DNA of 64,000 nucleotides from NCBI GenBank assembly GCA_048939625.1, contig JBHLPH010000008.1, forward strand, positions 1 through 64,000, written 5' to 3'. The notes under the pieces are model-generated. The model was not told the origin of the DNA and searched no databases. It worked only from the letters and a program-made list of their open reading frames with translations. This document shows positions 39,335 to 49,487 of this stretch, piece by piece. Origin of the DNA: Promethearchaeota archaeon (GTDB lineage Archaea > Asgardarchaeota > Hermodarchaeia > Hermodarchaeales > Hermodarchaeaceae). The first letter of the stretch is position 1. Every line of letters starts with the position of its first letter. The position numbers and the translations under genes were made by a program.

Positions 39335-39347
39335 TGAGGAACATCCA

Positions 39348-39485
39348 ATGAAATACCTTGATAAAACAATGCTGCTTGGATCTCCCACGGAATTATGGCT
39401 TTACTTCCATTTTCGGATGCTAAGACCTAGGCAGTGGTGCCGCTATATCGTGCACTCTGAAACGACTTTACCACCACAAATCTAA
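39348..39485 (+). CDS. Micro-ORF D, 45 aa (MKYLDKTMLLGSPTELWLYFHFRMLRPRQWCRYIVHSETTLPPQI)
   Basis: Translated by hand; GAGGA SD 7 nt before the ATG. Confidence 0.45.
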   Translation: MKYLDKTMLLGSPTELWLYFHFRMLRPRQWCRYIVHSETTLPPQI

Positions 39486-39695
39486 CCTCTCCCTTCGTCC
39501 CGTATGGCCCTTGCTGGGTTTAGCATCCGTTTTTCACTTTCTGCTGTGGATGTACAGCTGGACAATGGGGAAGGCATATAAGCCTCGAGAGGCTTAACGC
39601 TGTTAACTCCTTAATCATTCAACTAATTACTATAGCAGTATAGCAACTGCCACTATTCACAACACCGATTAGCCAAAACATAAGGGGTGGTAGTT

Positions 39696-39842
39696 ATGGT
39701 CCGATACGTACTCAATAGATGCAAAGTCCCCGTCTCTGAAGATGAACGAAGAAAAGGGCCTGAGGGACTCGCAGAATGTCGCAATCCCAAGGCACTCTAC
39801 AAAGGCCCATTAGAAGAATCGCTCCTCTTTCAGCGACGGTAA
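39696..39842 (+). CDS. Micro-ORF E, 48 aa (MVRYVLNRCKVPVSEDERRKGPEGLAECRNPKALYKGPLEESLLFQRR)
   Basis: Translated by hand; GGGGTGG SD 5 nt before the ATG. Confidence 0.5.
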   Translation: MVRYVLNRCKVPVSEDERRKGPEGLAECRNPKALYKGPLEESLLFQRR

Positions 39843-40022
39843 AAAAAACTGGAATCAAATTTCCATATGGGGATCGACCACTGCCAGTGGTCAACCCCCC
39901 ACTTTCTTTTCTCCCGTACAATTTCTGGTAATTAAAGGGAAAGCTTTTTACACAACATGAGATAGTATTCTCACTGCATTAGAAAACTTATCGTCCCGAC
40001 TCACCCCCGGGCACACTAACAG

Positions 40023-41231
40023 GTGTCAATATTGCCTTCAAAAGTCTATTTTGGATCCATCCAACACGGCCGAGACGCCCGATTCGCCTCCCTCGGAGCA
40101 AAACTCGAAAAACTCCTTGAACACCTCGACTTTTCTACCATCGAGAAAAACGATAAAGTTGCCATCAAGATGCACTTGGGCTTTGCTGATGGCTATCAAA
40201 CCGTCCCAGTCTTTTTCGTTCGCCGCGTCGTTAAAGCCGTCAAAGAAGCCGGCGGCTGGCCTTTCATCACAGACAATCCCACCGCAGTTTACAATGCTGC
40301 TGAAAGAGGATACACCCAAGAAACCTGTGGCTGTCCCCTCATCCCCGTCGCTGGCGTCAAAGACGGTTACACCAAAACAGTCAAAATTAATTTCAAAAAA
40401 GTCAAAGAACTAGAAATGGGTGGTGTCATCCATGATGCCGAAGTCCTCATAGACCTCACCCACGCTAAAGGTCATGCTAACTGCGGATATGGTGGTGCCA
40501 TCAAAAACATCGCTCTTGGTGCTTATTCTGGTCCTAGTCGCTGGAACCGAATCCATGGGGTTGAAAACGTCGATCGCTGGTGGGACCCTGAGAAATCCTC
40601 ACCCGAACATGCCCAACGACTTGTCGAAGCCTGCCCCTACAATGCCCTAAGCTACGACAAGGAAAAACACCAACTCAACATCGCGCGCTTCCAATGCCAC
40701 TATGGCAACTGCACTGAATGCATCAAAGCCGACAAAGATGTTGGCAGTCTCAATCTCAAACCCGAACAATTCGAAGCCTTCCAAAAAATGATGGCTATTG
40801 CAGCTAAACACGTCACCGATACCTTCGATGAAAACAAGCGTTTCTACATCAACGTCGCCATCGACATCACTCCGCATTGTGATTGCATGGGAATCATCCA
40901 ACCAGCTGTAGTTCCACACATTGGTATACTAGCGAGTCGAGATATCGTGGCCATAGATCAAGCCACCCTTGATATGATAGCAGAAAAGGGATTGATCGAA
41001 AGCGAGATTCCCCTTTATTTCAAACATGTTAATCTTGATCCTGATGTTGATTTGCATCCATTTCAGCGGTTGTGGGGTCCATACAAGAATCCCTATAATG
41101 TCACCAAGCATGGTGAATTGTTAGGAATGGGTCAACGTCAGTATAAGATTACTGAGGTGCTACCGGCAAAGAAGACTCTGACAATGAAACCACCGAAGCA
41201 TGAATTCGAACGAGCCCCTTCATTCTTCTAA
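40023..41231 (+). CDS. DUF362-family Fe-S protein
   Basis: VAIKMHLG, THAKGH...GGAIKNIALG, ferredoxin-like Cys insert, DITPHCDC, DIVAIDQA. Confidence 0.88.
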   Translation: MSILPSKVYFGSIQHGRDARFASLGAKLEKLLEHLDFSTIEKNDKVAIKMHLGFADGYQTVPVFFVRRVVKAVKEAGGWPFITDNPTAVYNAAERGYTQETCGCPLIPVAGVKDGYTKTVKINFKKVKELEMGGVIHDAEVLIDLTHAKGHANCGYGGAIKNIALGAYSGPSRWNRIHGVENVDRWWDPEKSSPEHAQRLVEACPYNALSYDKEKHQLNIARFQCHYGNCTECIKADKDVGSLNLKPEQFEAFQKMMAIAAKHVTDTFDENKRFYINVAIDITPHCDCMGIIQPAVVPHIGILASRDIVAIDQATLDMIAEKGLIESEIPLYFKHVNLDPDVDLHPFQRLWGPYKNPYNVTKHGELLGMGQRQYKITEVLPAKKTLTMKPPKHEFERAPSFF

Positions 41232-41243
41232 AAATTCAGACAT

Positions 41244-41283
41244 AAGGGATCTGATATCAGGTCCCTTTTGGTTTCTTTTTTTT
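41244..41283 (+). terminator. Hairpin plus T-tract
   Basis: AAGGGATCTGA-TA-TCAGGTCCCTT followed by TTGGTTTCTTTTTTT. Confidence 0.65.
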
Positions 41284-41494
41284 GACCTTTGTTATTTCTA
41301 TGAAGAGAGAAAGAAAGGGTTTTTATATACTGGATTTGGTCATCTGGGTGAGGCATTAGCAGATGATAGGTGTTTATTTTCCTAATTGCCTACGAATCAA
41401 TTAAGATCACCCACTCCATTTTTACTGCTCAATGTCGTTTATGTGTAGAAGCAAGTACCTTAGTAAGTGGCGACTATAAACGGCAGGTGAAAAT

Positions 41495-43000
41495 ATGACT
41501 AAGACGCCAAAGAAACAGAATAGGCAAGAAACAACAGACCAAGACGAAATCGTAACTTTTCATTATGACAAAGTCGATGATTTCTCAAATTGGTTTACAG
41601 AAATCAACAAACGAGCGGAACTCTCAGACCAACGCTATGGTGTGAAAGGACTGGTGGTGTTCCGTGCGTGGACAACCGTGACACTGAAAATCATGTACCG
41701 GTTGCTCGAAGAAGCTCTCGAAGCTCATGGGCATTTACCCGTCATTTTCCCTGCCTTGGTTCCAGAGTCGAACCTTATCCGAGAAGCCGAACATGTTGAA
41801 GGGTTTGCTCCGGAGGTCTTCTGGTGCACACGTTCAGGGGCGGATAACGTCTTTGAGGAACCGTTGGCGTTACGTCCGACCAGTGAGTCCGCTATGTATC
41901 CGATGTATGCGTTATGGATTCGTAGTTGGCGGGACTTACCTTTCAAACGGTATCAGAGCGTTGCCATTTGGCGATATGACACCAAGATGACTCGGCCTTT
42001 CCTACGAGGTCGCGAATTCTATTGGATTGAAGCCCATGATGTATTTGCCACTGCCAAAGAGGCGGAAGACCAGGTCCTTGAGGATTTGTCGATTACGACG
42101 GAATTTGTGGAAGGGCATCTAGCAATGCCAATCATTGTGCTCATTCGACCGCAATGGGATAAATTCCCAGGAGCTGATTACACTGTTGCAGGTGAGTCCA
42201 TTCTTCCGGATGGGCGATTCATCCAGAATTCAACAAGCCATATGCTTGGAGACAACTTTGCCAAAGCCTATGGCGTTAAATATGTCGATGAAAACGAAGA
42301 GGAGCAATTTGCCCAGCAGACTTGCTTTGGTCCAGGATTAAGCCGCATGTATGGTGCCCTCATTATCATGCATGGTGACGATGATGGTCTCATCTTCCCA
42401 TTTGAAATGGCTCCACTTCAGGTTGTGATTGTCCCAATTCCGAAGAAGGGTGCAAAACAAGCAGTTGAAGTTCGCTGTTGTGAAATAGAGAACCGCCTTC
42501 GCAAATCGGGTATCCGGGTTCATTTTGACAACACCGATAAACGTCCAGGCGATAAATACTACCACTGGGAAATGCGAGGGGTGCCTTTACGTCTTGAAAT
42601 TGGGAACCGTGAAGTACAAGATCAAACCGTTACAATCTTTCGCCGTGATCTACGTACTCGAGAAACGATTCCATCGAAGACCCTTGTTAAATCAGTAGAA
42701 AAAACTGGAAACGCTGTTACAAAGGAACTCTGGCAGCGAGCGAAAGCGCATTTTGACAACTCCTTTCAAGATGCGGATACCTTCGAAGAAATCTGTGATA
42801 TCATCGAACAAAATAAAGCCGCTCGCATAAACTTCTGCACTTTGGAAATGAAAGGACGTAGTTGTGCTGAAAAAATCAAAGAAGCTACGGGTGCCGATAT
42901 CCGGGGAGTGAAATTAGGAGAGAAAGAGAAACCCTGGGGGCCCTGTCCGATTTGTGGGGAATCAGCTACGGTAGTTGCTTATGTAGGAAAACAATACTAA
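41495..43000 (+). CDS. proS: Proline--tRNA ligase (archaeal/eukaryotic type)
   Basis: HVEGFAPEV, LRPTSE, TRPFLRGREFYWIEAH, HGDDDGL, GVPLRLEIG, C-terminal Zn domain ending in Y. Confidence 0.97.
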   Translation: MTKTPKKQNRQETTDQDEIVTFHYDKVDDFSNWFTEINKRAELSDQRYGVKGLVVFRAWTTVTLKIMYRLLEEALEAHGHLPVIFPALVPESNLIREAEHVEGFAPEVFWCTRSGADNVFEEPLALRPTSESAMYPMYALWIRSWRDLPFKRYQSVAIWRYDTKMTRPFLRGREFYWIEAHDVFATAKEAEDQVLEDLSITTEFVEGHLAMPIIVLIRPQWDKFPGADYTVAGESILPDGRFIQNSTSHMLGDNFAKAYGVKYVDENEEEQFAQQTCFGPGLSRMYGALIIMHGDDDGLIFPFEMAPLQVVIVPIPKKGAKQAVEVRCCEIENRLRKSGIRVHFDNTDKRPGDKYYHWEMRGVPLRLEIGNREVQDQTVTIFRRDLRTRETIPSKTLVKSVEKTGNAVTKELWQRAKAHFDNSFQDADTFEEICDIIEQNKAARINFCTLEMKGRSCAEKIKEATGADIRGVKLGEKEKPWGPCPICGESATVVAYVGKQY

Positions 43001-43033
43001 CGAACAGAACTTAGTCTGACTCAACGAATATTT

Positions 43034-43441
43034 TCAATTTCGAGGATTCAGTTCCATCCATCGACGAATGGCAGGATATTTTCCTGGGAAATTCCGGTCG
43101 ATGTACAAGAAGACAGTAAAGAGGAGATCACGATCGAATTCTGGGCCAAAGGCGATGTCTTGGATACCATCATCGCCATAAAAGTAGATGTTCTCACTAG
43201 GCTTGACGGTGATACTGGCTTCGCTACCATCCACGTAGTAGTCCCAGCGAATGAATAATTTCGAGAAAAACTCGATATCCAATGGGCGTTCAAGCGTGAT
43301 ATTCGCGTATCCTGATGCAGTGACTTCGATTTCCAAGTTCTCCAGAAAAATAGTGTCCCCTTGAATGAGAGGTTCCACTCCAGCCAGAAGTGAAATTAAT
43401 GCCTCTTTGCACGACTGCTTGGCTGCTTCATTAGTCGACAA
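43034..43441 (-). CDS. Hypothetical protein
   Basis: 135-aa ORF filling the gap between genes; no motif recognised. Confidence 0.55.
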   Translation of the reverse strand: MSTNEAAKQSCKEALISLLAGVEPLIQGDTIFLENLEIEVTASGYANITLERPLDIEFFSKLFIRWDYYVDGSEASITVKPSENIYFYGDDGIQDIAFGPEFDRDLLFTVFLYIDRNFPGKYPAIRRWMELNPRN

Positions 43442-43539
43442 GCCCGATATCCCACATGACCATTACAACAATCGTTTTTTACTATTGCGTTTTACATCAG
43501 ACAAAGGTAACTGAAATCTAAGAAACCAATGGAGAGGAT

Positions 43540-44022
43540 TTAGCGATTTAAGTCGGTAGCCTTCACTTCAAGGACATCGTAAGCGAGTCCGGTGGCAATC
43601 TGGATGATATCTCGACATTTCGACTCCCATAGCTTATCTTCTCGATATTTCTGTAATCCCTCCTCACTGGAAATGTCCAATTTCAACAAGTCTTTACATC
43701 CGATATGTCCAAAGCGTGTTATGAATAAATTCAACATAGTGTGACTGTACTCATACGGAGATTCGCCTTCAGGAGTTTCTGATGGATGGTTTCGTCCAAA
43801 CTGCAAACCTAATCCTAATATCGCCCCTGACAACGCTCCGCAGATTTCACCATGTCGACCAATCCCTGCCCCGAAACCAGTCGCAATCCGTGGAATCAGA
43901 TTGCTTTTCACTCCCAGTGTCTTACTCAAAGCTAAACAGACTGATTCCGAACAAAGAAATCCCTCTTCAGCAAATACCTTCGCCTGATTCATAGTCTCCT
44001 TTTTCGATAACATCAGAAGCAC
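43540..44022 (-). CDS. C_GCAxxG_C_C family redox protein
   Basis: CSES, GFGAGIG...CGALSG, C..L, C. Confidence 0.9.
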   Translation of the reverse strand: MLLMLSKKETMNQAKVFAEEGFLCSESVCLALSKTLGVKSNLIPRIATGFGAGIGRHGEICGALSGAILGLGLQFGRNHPSETPEGESPYEYSHTMLNLFITRFGHIGCKDLLKLDISSEEGLQKYREDKLWESKCRDIIQIATGLAYDVLEVKATDLNR

Positions 44023-44049
44023 CTTAGGCTTCTACCGCTGGGTAACTCC

Positions 44050-46074
44050 TCAATTAGTTTCCGGTTGGACCTCAGGAGTTGCGCATTCCTGATCACTAGT
44101 TGTTGGGCTTGAATCATGACGATATCGCCAGAGAATAAATCCAAGAATGATTAAAGTTATGGGTAGTATGACTAGTTGAAGAAAGGCGCTTAGGAAGGAG
44201 ACGATTACCAACGTAACAGCAGATCCAGCGATAAATCCGACAGCAATAACTTGACCTTTTTTCGCAAACCATTCCTTACCATATTTCCGGTCTGTATAGA
44301 GTCGAAGGAATCCGCCAATAGAGAAAGGAATAAAGTACGAAGGCGGCAGGAAGATTGCCAATGCAACACCGAGGGTGGAGATGGGAAAGGCAATCGCTAG
44401 TAAACCCACTACAAGCCCCGCAAGTAAGAAAGCGACAATATTGAAACCAGCAGCCAGGGCGTTGAGGGCGAAGATTGAAACGATGGCAAATCCTTGAAGA
44501 ACACCAACCGCCGGAAACACTTCTGTCGGAAATCCAATAAGATACCATGCTGCAAGCACAAATACAACGCTTGTGATCGTACCAGGAAATACTTTGATGA
44601 GCTGGGCAGCAAGAATCGAGCGTCGTGGTGTCTCAGTCATGGCACCAATTCTAATGTTTCCAAGCGTGTCAGTGGTCGTGAAAGGATTAATTGCTGGATA
44701 AGCAAGAAATGTTGTATACCCTTGAAGTCCGATTACAGCCAAAGGAATTTCATAGAACGCTAGTCGTTGGACGCCCATTCCAATCCCTGCTTCGCCAACG
44801 AATTTCACGAGAACAAAAGTGTCAATGAGAGCAATAGGCAGCAAAAGGAGCACTGCGATAACAACACTCATCCATATGGGCAGAGGTGAGAAGACGTTTA
44901 AACCAATAATGATGAATACGAAAATAACGATGATAGAAAGATAAGCTACGCCTAATCGCCGGTTTCGCGCTAATCCGAGGAAATAAGTCTTCGCATAGGT
45001 TCCAAACCCAACATTACTTTCTTCTTCTGATTCTTTTTGTTCCGGGTTATTTTCTGCCGAGTTTGGCTTCTTTCGTAACTTCGCGTAAACGAACACTACA
45101 ACCCCACTAAGGAGCATAATTCCAAGAGCTGGTGCTAGCATATATTCAAAAAGGAGGTTGAAATAGAGGTCCATTCCTGTAATAGCCGGAGTTACGATTC
45201 CTAAGGAGACAAGAATCGGTGAAATAACCAGGTAAGTGATTATCCCGGCAAACAACATCGTAATAGAAACCTTTGGATCAATAATGTACGAAATGGCCAT
45301 CAAGCTGATATTAAGCATGAAGCCTAATGCAAAGCCAGGAATTAGAAGGGGCGTAAAGTCCCACCCAAGCGTTGTTAGTCCAAAGGGTAGGACCAGGACG
45401 TTGACAAAATACTGAATCACAGTTACCATAATGCCGATTCCTAGCCAGCGAAACATGAATCGACTTTTTTGTCCGGTCTCCATACAAGTGTTGATTGTCA
45501 CACCACTCGCGGTGTAAAACGGAAACCTAGTTTGTTTACGAGACTGTACATAATCAGCCACTGCTAGTGCCGCAATGAATCCAAGGAGCGTGCTAATCCA
45601 GACAAAGCCAATGTGAAATATGACTGGGGGAATCCAGTTGGGATCAAAGGGGCTCCCATATAGCAGCACATCTTTTGGTGGAACCAACCACCATGGAAGC
45701 GTATATGCAGTGTACGCTTGCACATACATTGAGATGGTAAGAGTGTAATAGACTACAAATCCAGTTGAAGCGATCATCGTTGTAGTTATTTCTTGACGAT
45801 TCGATCCTCCGCGAGCAATATGAAAGAGCGTGTACGCTGTGAGTACTGTAACGATGCCAAACCCAAGACCGAAGCCAAAGTTCATACCCAAATAGGCATT
45901 GATAATCGTGTAAACCACATTAAGAACAAGGGCTAAGGTCATGCCACGTAACGTTAGAGCACGGACAGATGGTTTCTGTGACTCTTCTGGGAGGGTGCAT
46001 TCCTCGTCTGTTATTGGTTGAGGTGTGTAGCCGTCTTCTCCAGTTTCGTCACCCAGATGTTCAGAATTAGTCAT
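44050..46074 (-). CDS. OPT/YSL-family oligopeptide transporter
   Basis: ALTLRG...NAYLG start, multi-TM, late GFIAGS motif. Confidence 0.75.
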   Translation of the reverse strand: MTNSEHLGDETGEDGYTPQPITDEECTLPEESQKPSVRALTLRGMTLALVLNVVYTIINAYLGMNFGFGLGFGIVTVLTAYTLFHIARGGSNRQEITTTMIASTGFVVYYTLTISMYVQAYTAYTLPWWLVPPKDVLLYGSPFDPNWIPPVIFHIGFVWISTLLGFIAALAVADYVQSRKQTRFPFYTASGVTINTCMETGQKSRFMFRWLGIGIMVTVIQYFVNVLVLPFGLTTLGWDFTPLLIPGFALGFMLNISLMAISYIIDPKVSITMLFAGIITYLVISPILVSLGIVTPAITGMDLYFNLLFEYMLAPALGIMLLSGVVVFVYAKLRKKPNSAENNPEQKESEEESNVGFGTYAKTYFLGLARNRRLGVAYLSIIVIFVFIIIGLNVFSPLPIWMSVVIAVLLLLPIALIDTFVLVKFVGEAGIGMGVQRLAFYEIPLAVIGLQGYTTFLAYPAINPFTTTDTLGNIRIGAMTETPRRSILAAQLIKVFPGTITSVVFVLAAWYLIGFPTEVFPAVGVLQGFAIVSIFALNALAAGFNIVAFLLAGLVVGLLAIAFPISTLGVALAIFLPPSYFIPFSIGGFLRLYTDRKYGKEWFAKKGQVIAVGFIAGSAVTLVIVSFLSAFLQLVILPITLIILGFILWRYRHDSSPTTSDQECATPEVQPETN

Positions 46075-46337
46075 CGATGGCTCCTCGAACCTTCACTTAG
46101 TCTTTAGGATGTTTGTGAGTTTGTTCATTGCGCTGTTTGTAGTACATATTGTTTGTGAAGATTGCATAAAATCGCATTATTCATCACCAAGATAGTCTAG
46201 ATGTGGTCAGTACCCTAATGCTATCTGTGAAAAACTGACCAAAAGAATGGGCACACACTGAACAGATACGCGTAACTGGCAAGACAGTGCGACTCAAATA
46301 CTACAAACTCTCTCTGAGAAGTGAGGTACGGGTTACA

Positions 46338-47513
46338 ATGATTGACTTCCAATTAACGAATGAACAACTATCTCTTCAAGCCAAAGCACGAGAATTTGCC
46401 CTCAATGAAGTACTCCCGGTCGCTCAGCACTATGATCAAACTGGCGAATTTCCCCGTGATGTTATCGCTAAAGCTCATAAAGCAGGGCTCATGAACCTTG
46501 GGATACCTAAGGAGTTTGGCGGACCAGGATATGGGTCCTTTGAGTCAGTTCTTGTTGTCGAAGAATTTTCCGCCGCTTGTGCAGGGATGACAACTTCGAT
46601 TTATGTTAACGATTTGGGTACGACCCCAATCATTCTTGGTGGGAGTGAAATTCAGAAGAAGACGTGGCTTACGCCTTTCTCTAATGAGCTACGGTTTGCT
46701 TCCTTTGCAACCAGTGAACCTGGTATGGGTTCAGACGTGGCAGGAATACAAACTAGCTACGAACGCAAAGGTGACACCTTTATCCTTAACGGAAACAAAT
46801 TTTGGATAACGAATGGAAATCACGCTGACCTGTTCGTTATCTTCGCCCGACAAAAGGGAACCAAACGTCATAACGGGCTCTCTGCGTTTATTGTTCCTAA
46901 GGAAACGAAGGGCCTCTCAACAGGTAAACCCCTCAAAAAACTCGGACATCGCGCCTCCGATACAGCTGCGGTGATCCTCAGGAATGCTGAGATACCTGCT
47001 GAGAATCTCCTTGCTGGGGAAGGCATGGGCTTTCTCCTTGCTATGATGACCTTTGTTAAAACCCGGCCAGCCATTGGTGCTATGGCTACCGGTCTAGCTC
47101 GATCAGCTATGGAGTATGCCATCAACTACGCGAAACAGCGCGAAGCCTTCGAGAAAAAAATCAGCAGCTTTCAAGCCATTCAGGACATGGTCGCAGACAT
47201 GTATGCGCGTATCGAAGCCATTCGCCTTCTCACCTGGAAAGCGGCTTGGATGGTGGACCAAAAAACCGATGGCAACATCGCCAACGTTGCTTCAAGCTGC
47301 GCTAAACTCGTTGGAGCAGAAGATGCTATGAAAATCGTCACGGATGCGCTCCAAATCTATGGTGGTAAAGGATACCTGGAACAGTATCCAATCCAGAAGC
47401 TCTTCCGTGATGCGAAACTCTACCAGATTTATGAGGGAACTAGTCAAATCCAACGTTATGTCATATCGCGGTATCTCTTCAAGGAATACGAACCCATTTT
47501 ACAGAACTTCTAA
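46338..47513 (+). CDS. Acyl-CoA dehydrogenase
   Basis: SEPGMGSD, LNGNKFWITNG, KKLGHRASDT, QIYGGKGY, IYEGTSQIQR; ATG at 46338 after GAGGT SD. Confidence 0.95.
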   Translation: MIDFQLTNEQLSLQAKAREFALNEVLPVAQHYDQTGEFPRDVIAKAHKAGLMNLGIPKEFGGPGYGSFESVLVVEEFSAACAGMTTSIYVNDLGTTPIILGGSEIQKKTWLTPFSNELRFASFATSEPGMGSDVAGIQTSYERKGDTFILNGNKFWITNGNHADLFVIFARQKGTKRHNGLSAFIVPKETKGLSTGKPLKKLGHRASDTAAVILRNAEIPAENLLAGEGMGFLLAMMTFVKTRPAIGAMATGLARSAMEYAINYAKQREAFEKKISSFQAIQDMVADMYARIEAIRLLTWKAAWMVDQKTDGNIANVASSCAKLVGAEDAMKIVTDALQIYGGKGYLEQYPIQKLFRDAKLYQIYEGTSQIQRYVISRYLFKEYEPILQNF

Positions 47514-47525
47514 AGAATTCTGGTT

Positions 47526-48188
47526 CTACGTGCGATATTTGATAATCAACGAAATGATTGCGTGGGCAATTTCGTTCGTTAAATCGCCTAGTCTCCCAAG
47601 AAGCTTCACCACATCATGTAAAATAACAAAGGTGGATGTCCGCATTTTAAATTCCATTAACAGCTTCAAGGTTTCAAATTCGACATTTCGATTCTTATTC
47701 CGGATTGGTCTTATTTTTTGCGCTTCCTCAAGCGCGGAATCAAAACTCGAACCTAACAGTTCAATACTTCCTACCACTGCAGTCGTAGCTTCAAGGCAAT
47801 AAGCACCCATTTGGCAAAGCTTCTTTTTAATTTCCAGTTCTATTGGTTCATCAACAAGGCGGAGTTTACGAACAATAATTTCACTCCGATCCGCAATACT
47901 ATCCATCTTTTCAACTAGAGAATAACGTTCACTACTTGTGACGGGAAGTGCGGTGACTCGAAGTTTCTCATCAATATGCTCTTCAGCACGGTCTGCTTTT
48001 GATTCAAGTTCGAGTACACGTTCTGCCAATTTCTCTTCTTGGTTTTTCAGGCGTTTCTTAGGCTTCTTTTTCAAAATGACATCAAGGTATTCACTAAGTG
48101 CAGTGACTGCTTCCAAAACGATATTGGCATGCTCATGAATGAGTTCACTTATCGCCTGTTCCTCTTTTTTCCGCCACAAACCTAACAC
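47526..48188 (-). CDS. DUF47/PhoU-like phosphate transport regulator
   Basis: LESKAD, MDSIAD helical repeats; directly downstream of pit. Confidence 0.85.
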   Translation of the reverse strand: MLGLWRKKEEQAISELIHEHANIVLEAVTALSEYLDVILKKKPKKRLKNQEEKLAERVLELESKADRAEEHIDEKLRVTALPVTSSERYSLVEKMDSIADRSEIIVRKLRLVDEPIELEIKKKLCQMGAYCLEATTAVVGSIELLGSSFDSALEEAQKIRPIRNKNRNVEFETLKLLMEFKMRTSTFVILHDVVKLLGRLGDLTNEIAHAIISLIIKYRT

Positions 48189-48260
48189 CTGATGGACGTT
48201 TTAGGACTATCTAGTCTAAAACGCTTTGCATAATTTAAACGAAATTACAACATGACTCAT

Positions 48261-49277
48261 TTAAAATCCCCCCAATACGAGAAAGAAGGGTCTAATCATC
48301 ATGTAAAGCCAGAATAATCCCACAGCCAAAAGAGCAGACAGGGGGACCGTTAGAAACGATGCAATAATAATCTTGTTTAGTCCAGGTCCTCTCACTGGAT
48401 TGCGATTAGCTATTCCAACACCCACCACCGCTGCCACCAAGACATGTGTTCCAGATAAGGGGATTCCCCATAGTGTACCAACAAAAAGCACCGTGGCCAC
48501 TGCAAGTTCCGCAGAAAAACTTGTACTAGGTCGTAGTTCGGTTACTTCCATCCCAACAGTCGCAACCACTCGTCGACCTATTAAGAATAAGCCAACCGCC
48601 ATACCAATGCCTCCCAGAAGTAAAAACCATGACCAGAACGTAGGATCTGGAAAAATCATAGTTAAAATCCCAACCGCTTTCGAAACATCATTACCTCCCC
48701 GACTTAATGCAGTAATTACAACGACCACTAGTAACAACCATCCAAAGATCCGCTCGAATCTTTCGATTTTATCTAAACTTGTTGCTCGCGGTAAGATGGT
48801 TTTTCTTACCACAAATTGTACCAAAAGGGCAATCGCTAACCCGAAAATCGGGCTTAGAATCCAGCCAATTACGATTTCAGTAATTGTTACCCAGTTGATT
48901 AATGGTCCCATAGTAGCTAGCTCAATCACGAGTCCGACTCCCAAGACGCAGCCCACAATCGAATGGGTTGTTGAGATCGGATAACCACGAATTGATGCGA
49001 TTAAGAGCCAAATTGCCATCGCTATAACGAGTACCAAAACGATATCGAAAGGAAGGGGAGTAAGCACCATGTCTTGCCCAATTGTCTCTGATACTCCCGC
49101 ACCCAATAATTGGGCCCCAATAATTTGAAGACACATCCCAAGTAGAATCGCAGCATTGAGTTTGAGAACCTTTCCACCCACCACGCTAGCCATCGTCTCA
49201 TCGTTTGCCCCAATTGCCACCGCCACAATGAATACAAGTACAAAGAGGATGATGATCCAGACGAGTGGCGAAATCAT
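48261..49277 (-). CDS. pit: Inorganic phosphate transporter (PiT family)
   Basis: GANDE, PISTTHSIVG, GGNDVSKAVG, GIPLSGTH. Confidence 0.93.
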   Translation of the reverse strand: MISPLVWIIILFVLVFIVAVAIGANDETMASVVGGKVLKLNAAILLGMCLQIIGAQLLGAGVSETIGQDMVLTPLPFDIVLVLVIAMAIWLLIASIRGYPISTTHSIVGCVLGVGLVIELATMGPLINWVTITEIVIGWILSPIFGLAIALLVQFVVRKTILPRATSLDKIERFERIFGWLLLVVVVITALSRGGNDVSKAVGILTMIFPDPTFWSWFLLLGGIGMAVGLFLIGRRVVATVGMEVTELRPSTSFSAELAVATVLFVGTLWGIPLSGTHVLVAAVVGVGIANRNPVRGPGLNKIIIASFLTVPLSALLAVGLFWLYMMIRPFFLVLGGF

Positions 49278-49487
49278 GAGTTAATGCTCCCTGTGTGATT
49301 ATCCCGATGGTAATCACCATAATCTCTATATTTTCTATAGTTATGGGCTTTTCGAGGGCTAGTAAAAGAATTTTTCGACGTTGTATTAGAAATAATTCAA
49401 CATACTGCTCCACATAGAAATAGGAGCACTCCACAGAAAAGTCGGAGAGGGGGACGTTTTATCCCCATTAGATGAATATTCTGGAAG

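Noticed and set aside
40023-41231. Shift from C-rich to T/G-rich third positions within the DUF362 gene
   Set aside because: The protein is continuous and similar C-rich stretches occur in prx and the MTase; cannot distinguish codon bias from recombination by eye
48373-48984. Long antisense ORFs (also 58704-59177, 3331-3744, 47344-47802 and others)
   Set aside because: Shadow frames of well-supported genes on the opposite strand; no motifs
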